DNA of 64,000 bases. Source: an uncultured Chloroflexia bacterium (GTDB taxonomy: Bacteria > Chloroflexota > Dehalococcoidia > DSTF01 > JALHUB01). This document shows, piece after piece, positions 59,759 to 64,000 of the stretch; the first letter of the stretch is position 1; each line of letters opens with the position of its first letter. The stretch covers positions 139,281 through 203,280 of the forward strand of contig CAWJHZ010000007.1 in the NCBI GenBank assembly GCA_963842845.1. The letters are read 5' to 3'. The notes under the pieces are model-generated. The model saw only the letters and a program-made list of their open reading frames with translations, was not told where the DNA came from and ran no database searches. Position numbers and translations under genes: made by a program.

Positions 59759-60610
59759 CTAAAGCTCAGCGCGGCCTCTTGCCGGCGGGGCGTCAGCCGC
59801 CGGGACAGCCACCGGGGCCCGCCTCCCGCGGAAAGAGATGAGGGCGAGGGCCACTACGGATACGGCGATGACCGCCAGGGCGATCAGTTGGGCCATGCGA
59901 AGGCCGCCGAAAACTTCCTTGTCGAGGCGCATGAAGCTGATGCCAAAGCGCAACGCCGCGTAGAGCCCGGCGTAGAGGAAAAAGAGAATGCCATTGCGTT
60001 TGAACACCTTCAGTTTCCAGAGCAGCAGGAGGAGGCCCAAGATCAAGAAGTCGCCCAGGACTTCGTAGGCGGTGACGAACTGCATCGGCCCGCGCGCGAA
60101 GGCGGGGCTGTTGACGTTGGTGTACTCAACCGCGAAAGGCAGTGAACTGGGCTTGCCAAAGATGTCGCCGGTGGAGAGGCAGGCGATGCGGCCGACCCCC
60201 TGGCCGAGGATCCCTCCGAAAGCGGCGGCGTCCAAACCCACGAGGAGGGGCAGTTTCTTCCAGATGCCGTATGTAACACCGGCGCCGACCCCGGCAATCA
60301 GGGCGCCGTAAAGCGATATGCCGCCTTCGTTTATCCGAAACACATCCAATAGGTGGCCGGCGAACAGTTCCCTGTTTTCGAGGACGAAGAGAACGCGGGC
60401 GCCGATGATGCCGGCAGGGACACAGACGAGGGCGACGGCGTAGGCGTCGTCCTCGGTGAACCCGGCGCGGCGGGCGAACCACACGCCGACCCAAACGCCG
60501 AGGAGGATGGCGAGGGCGGTGATCATGCCGTGCCAGGTCAGCAGGAAACCCCCGATGTGCCCGATGTCCGGGTTGAGGCCGATCCTGATGGTCAAGAGCA
60601 GGTTAGCCAT
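59759..60610 (-). CDS. lgt: Prolipoprotein diacylglyceryl transferase
   Basis: A polytopic Lgt family protein (HGMITALAILLG ... GARVLFVLEN). Signature residues were not checked. Confidence 0.85.
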   Translation of the reverse strand: MANLLLTIRIGLNPDIGHIGGFLLTWHGMITALAILLGVWVGVWFARRAGFTEDDAYAVALVCVPAGIIGARVLFVLENRELFAGHLLDVFRINEGGISLYGALIAGVGAGVTYGIWKKLPLLVGLDAAAFGGILGQGVGRIACLSTGDIFGKPSSLPFAVEYTNVNSPAFARGPMQFVTAYEVLGDFLILGLLLLLWKLKVFKRNGILFFLYAGLYAALRFGISFMRLDKEVFGGLRMAQLIALAVIAVSVVALALISFRGRRAPVAVPAADAPPARGRAEL

Positions 60611-60838
60611 TGGTGCCCTCTCCGCCTCTCATTTCACGTCAAATGCCTTCTCCCACTCCGGCGTACCGGAATTCCCTATACATGCTACCAGTTCCCCTTG
60701 GCCAACGGCCACTGATTTGCCCCCGTTGCCGGCACAACACTGAATGTTAGCCCCGCAGCCATAGTGACCTGTCCGCCCTAAGTAACCTTGGGGTTGGGCT
60801 CGTCTTCGGGGGGCAGGTCAGTTTCCGCCTGGGGGGCT

Positions 60839-60889
60839 TGACAAAGCCCGGAAGGCCGATCTATCTTGGGGTATTGATACCAGGTATCA
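60839..60889 (+). promoter_or_regulatory. Candidate zur promoter (-35 TTGACA) with a perfect palindromic Zur/Fur-box-like operator TGATACC-A-GGTATCA
   Basis: A 7-1-7 perfect inverted repeat at 60875-60889 sits immediately upstream of the zur ATG (60895) and downstream of the TTGACA at 60839. Confidence 0.55.
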
Positions 60890-60894
60890 CTTCA

Positions 60895-61317
60895 ATGAAG
60901 ACGAAACAAGCCACTATTGAGGAACTGCTGAAGGCCAGGGGGCTACGGCTCACCGCCAGCCGTCGCGCCGTTGTCGACGAGGCGTTGGCGGGCGACGAGC
61001 CGTTCAGCGTCGCGGACATGCAGCTACGTTTGCCGCGGCTCGGCCGGGCGACCGTCTTCCGTACCATCCGGCTGCTCGTCGAGCTCGGCCTGATCTGTCG
61101 CGTACTGCTGGAAGACGGCACCCCCCGCTACCGGCCGAGCGCTGCGGCTCACCACCATCACCTGGTCTGCACCGGCTGCGGCAGCGTCGAGGACTTCGCG
61201 GAATGCGACCTTGACGCCGTCTCGGCGGCCCTCGCCGGCCGCACGAACTACGAGATCCTGGGGCACCGACTGGAGCTGTTCGGGTTATGCCCCACCTGTC
61301 AAGTCTCAGCGTCGTAG
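60895..61317 (+). CDS. zur: Fur-family metalloregulator, probably Zur
   Basis: A winged-helix N-terminus (LRLTASRRAVVDEAL) with C-terminal HHHHLVCTGCG...CPTC metal sites. It is followed by znuACB-like genes. Confidence 0.75.
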   Translation: MKTKQATIEELLKARGLRLTASRRAVVDEALAGDEPFSVADMQLRLPRLGRATVFRTIRLLVELGLICRVLLEDGTPRYRPSAAAHHHHLVCTGCGSVEDFAECDLDAVSAALAGRTNYEILGHRLELFGLCPTCQVSAS

Positions 61318-61337
61318 CAATTCAAGGAGGATAGGTC

Positions 61338-62258
61338 ATGGCGCGGGTGGTCGGCATTCTCTCTCGCAAAGCTGTTCTGGTAGCTATGATAGTCCTGGTG
61401 TTCCCGGTCATGGCGATTTCCTGCGGCGGAAGCTCCGGCAAGAGCGCCTCCGGCCAGGTGCGGGTTGTGACGTCGCTGAACCTCTTCGCCGACCTCATCC
61501 AGAACGTCGGCGGCGACAAGGTGCAGGTCACCGCGCTCGTTCCGGCGGACGCGGACCCGCACACCTACGAGCCGGTGCCGTCGCAGGTAGCGAAGGTGGC
61601 GGACGCCGACCTCGTGCTGATCAACGGCTTGAATCTGGAGCAGACGCTGCACGACCTGATCTACAATAACGTGCGCGGCGGCGTGCAGGTGGTCGAGATG
61701 TCGTCTGGCCTGCCGACCCTCGCAGGGAACGCGGCGGAGGGCGAGGCGAGCAACCCGCACCTGTGGCTGAACGTGCAGAACGCAATGCACTACGTCGAAA
61801 GCATAAGAGATGCGCTCATCGCGGCGGATCCACAGGACGCCGACACGTTCCGCGCCAACGCAACCGCCTACCTTTCCGAGCTGGACGCGCTGGACAAGGA
61901 GTTCGCAGCCGCGATCCAGACGATACCGCCGGAGAACCGCAAGCTGGTCACGTTCCACGACGCCTATCCTTACCTGGCACAACGCTACGGCCTGCAAATC
62001 TTCGGGTACGTCGTGCAATCGGAAGGCAAGGAGGCGAGCGCGCAGGACATCGCCAACCTGGTCGACGAGATCCGCGCCCAGCACGTCCCGACGGTGTTCG
62101 CGGAGCCCGAGTTCAATCCGCAGCTCCTCGACACGGTGGCAAACGAGGCGCACGTCCAGGTGAAGCAGCTCTTGAGCGACGCCTACACCGGCGACGTTCA
62201 CTCTTATGTCGACTTGATTCGCTTCGACGAGCAGAACCTGGTGGATGGATTGAAATGA
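61338..62258 (+). CDS. znuA: Metal (Zn/Mn) ABC transporter substrate-binding protein, TroA/ZnuA family
   Basis: A lipoprotein-like signal sequence (AISCGGSS) and a cluster-9 SBP fold with metal-binding His/Asp (DPHTYEP, NPHLW). Confidence 0.8.
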   Translation: MARVVGILSRKAVLVAMIVLVFPVMAISCGGSSGKSASGQVRVVTSLNLFADLIQNVGGDKVQVTALVPADADPHTYEPVPSQVAKVADADLVLINGLNLEQTLHDLIYNNVRGGVQVVEMSSGLPTLAGNAAEGEASNPHLWLNVQNAMHYVESIRDALIAADPQDADTFRANATAYLSELDALDKEFAAAIQTIPPENRKLVTFHDAYPYLAQRYGLQIFGYVVQSEGKEASAQDIANLVDEIRAQHVPTVFAEPEFNPQLLDTVANEAHVQVKQLLSDAYTGDVHSYVDLIRFDEQNLVDGLK

Positions 62259-63058
62259 GGCTGCTGCCATCCAGGCAAGCGACTCAGCCCGCCGACGGCA
62301 TGGCGGTGGCGGTTGAGGACGTGTGGGCGGGCTATGGCAACCGCACCGCACTGCAGGGAATCGCGTTCGAGGCGCCGGCTGCGAGCATGGTGGCACTGGT
62401 GGGCCCGAACGGCTCCGGCAAGTCGACGCTCATCAAGGTCATCATCGGCACGCAAGGGCTGTGGCGGGGGCGCGTCCGCATCTTCGGTCGCGAGCCGGGG
62501 AGCGCGCGTCGACTCATCGGCTACACGCCACAGACGGAGGCGGTCGATTGGGACTTCCCTGTGACGGTGCGCGACGTAGTGACGATGGGGCGCTTCGGCC
62601 GGCTGGGGCCGCTGCGCTGGCCCGGCGCGGAGGACAAACGCGTCGTCCAGCAGAGCCTGGAGCGCTTGGGCATCACCGACCTGGCCAAGCGTCAGATCGG
62701 CGAGCTGTCAGGCGGCCAGCAGCGACGCGTCCTCATCGCGCGGGCGCTGGCGCAAGAGCCGCTGGTGCTGCTGATGGACGAGCCGATGGCCGGCCTGGAC
62801 GCGACGATCCAGCATGAGCTGCTAACGCTATTCGAAGGGCTGCGCGACGAGGGGAAGACGATTGTGATGGCAACGCATGATCTCTCTTGCGTCGACTGCT
62901 GCTTCGACCGCGTCCTGCTGATGAACCGGCGCAAGATAGCCTACGGCGCGCCGGAGAAGACGTTCACCAAGGAGCTTCTCGACGAGACGTTCGAGAGCCA
63001 TCTGATAACGCTGCCCGTCGAGGGCGGATTCTACGTGGACCATCACGGCCATGCATGA
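62255..63058 (+). CDS. znuC: Metal ABC transporter ATP-binding protein
   Basis: Walker A GPNGSGKST, the LSGGQQRR signature and Walker B LLLMDEP. The ATG at 62255 overlaps the znuA stop. The 61763 start in the ORF track is an upstream extension artefact. Confidence 0.85.
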   Translation: MRLLPSRQATQPADGMAVAVEDVWAGYGNRTALQGIAFEAPAASMVALVGPNGSGKSTLIKVIIGTQGLWRGRVRIFGREPGSARRLIGYTPQTEAVDWDFPVTVRDVVTMGRFGRLGPLRWPGAEDKRVVQQSLERLGITDLAKRQIGELSGGQQRRVLIARALAQEPLVLLMDEPMAGLDATIQHELLTLFEGLRDEGKTIVMATHDLSCVDCCFDRVLLMNRRKIAYGAPEKTFTKELLDETFESHLITLPVEGGFYVDHHGHA

Positions 63059-63956
63059 CATCTGGATCTGGCTATCCGACCCCCTTCAGTACACTTTCAT
63101 GCAGCGGGCGCTGCTGGCGCTGGCGATGGTGAGCGTTGTGAGCGCGGTCATCGGCGCGTTTGTCGTGCTCAAGGGGCTCGCGTTCATCGGCGACGCGCTG
63201 GCGCACGCTTCGTTCGGGGGCGTCGCAATCGCATTTGTGCTGGGCGGCAGCATCTACCTCGGCGCGATGATCGCGGCAATCGCGACGGCAATGGCGATCG
63301 GCTACGTGGGGCGCCGGGCGCGTCTCAGTCTCGACACCGCCATCGGCATCATCTTCGTAGGCGTGTTCGCGCTGGGCATCGTCGTCATCAGCCATCAGAG
63401 CAACTACACGGTAGACCTGTTCAGCTTCGTCTTCGGCAACGTCCTCGGCGTTGGGCGGCACGACCTCGTGCTGATCGCGTCGATGGCGGCAGGGATCATC
63501 GCCGTCGTCGCCATCTTCTACAAAGAGCTGCTCTTCTACGCCTACGATCCCGAGATGGCAGCCGCCTCCGGCATCCCGGTCCGATTCCTGCACTACGGCC
63601 TGCTGGCGCTGATCGCAATCGCTGCTGTCGTCGCCCTGAAGGCGGTGGGGATCATCCTCGTCGTGGCGATGCTCATCACGCCCGCTGCCACGGCCGCGTT
63701 GCTGGTGCGGCGGCTCCATCTGATCATGATCGGCGGCGCGCTCCTGGGGTTCGTATCGTCTGTCGTTGGGCTCTACGTCTCCTACTACGCTTCCGTCGCA
63801 TCCGGCGCGTCGATAGTGCTGGTGGCCACAGCTTTCTTCACGGTAGCGCTGGTCTTCTCGCCAAAGCGCGGGCTGCTAGCGGCGCTGCGACATCCGGCGG
63901 CGCTCTACGAGACCGAGCCGCAGCCGTTGCCATCAACACCGCCTGATCCGGCCTGA
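63051..63956 (+). CDS. znuB: Metal ABC transporter permease (ABC-3 family)
   Basis: An 8-TM ABC-3 permease overlapping the znuC stop. Confidence 0.85.
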   Translation: MHDIWIWLSDPLQYTFMQRALLALAMVSVVSAVIGAFVVLKGLAFIGDALAHASFGGVAIAFVLGGSIYLGAMIAAIATAMAIGYVGRRARLSLDTAIGIIFVGVFALGIVVISHQSNYTVDLFSFVFGNVLGVGRHDLVLIASMAAGIIAVVAIFYKELLFYAYDPEMAAASGIPVRFLHYGLLALIAIAAVVALKAVGIILVVAMLITPAATAALLVRRLHLIMIGGALLGFVSSVVGLYVSYYASVASGASIVLVATAFFTVALVFSPKRGLLAALRHPAALYETEPQPLPSTPPDPA

Positions 63957-64000
63957 CTCCTTGCCCCCGTTCGCTCGACTCAGGTAAGATTAAGAGTGAG

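Noticed and set aside
61763-62254. N-terminal 164-aa extension of znuC in the ORF track.
   Set aside because: Out-of-context Arg-rich sequence overlapping znuA. The true znuC start is the ATG at 62255, which overlaps the znuA stop.
61299-62396. A 365-aa minus-strand ORF opposite znuA.
   Set aside because: Antisense to the substrate-binding protein gene.

Overview
This 64 kb window is high-GC (about 67%), bacterial and densely coding. It is mostly conserved chromosomal housekeeping sequence, with a few clearly unusual loci.

Main content, left to right:
- A fused ECF-sigma/anti-sigma protein with a Pro/Thr-rich extracytoplasmic tail.
- selB, then a GtrA-like protein and a GT-C glycosyltransferase.
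- A minus-strand operon: trmD-rplS, def, cca, secD-secF.
- A complete dcw cluster (mraZ-rsmH-ftsL-ftsI-murF-mraY-murD-ftsW-murG-murC-murB-ddl-ftsQ-ftsA-ftsZ) that has no murE.
- An nrdR - small ORF - nrdJ - nrdJ locus with NrdR boxes.
- yggS-proC-yggT and yggU, then recA-recX-rny-ymdB and a PHP phosphoesterase.
- A minus-strand SipW-type signal peptidase flanked by two TasA/TapA-like secreted proteins.
- A minus-strand tRNA locus (Val, Leu, Arg; a CAU tRNA further on).
- icd, mscL, uvrC, DUF72, pcm, xerD, a secreted HExxH metalloprotease, an HD hydrolase, VKOR-DsbA, an alpha/beta hydrolase, lgt and zur-znuACB.

The most unusual thing I can see directly is at the tRNA locus. tRNA-Val and tRNA-Arg are each followed by a tandem array (6 x about 64 bp and 4 x 116 bp) of truncated tRNA-like units. 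Each unit keeps the D-loop remnant, T-arm, acceptor 3' strand and an encoded CCA. In both families the anticodon arm is replaced by the same palindromic mini-hairpin, GTCGCC-TSA-GGCGAC.

Other points worth a second look:
- A tandem, degenerate duplication of the secF 3' end.
- An uncharacterised small ORF inside the nrdR-nrdJ locus.
- A truncated duplicate of the zur promoter and N-terminus upstream of lgt.
- A leaderless-looking selB start.

Many long antisense or alternate-frame ORFs in the six-frame track are GC-skew artefacts, and I discounted them.
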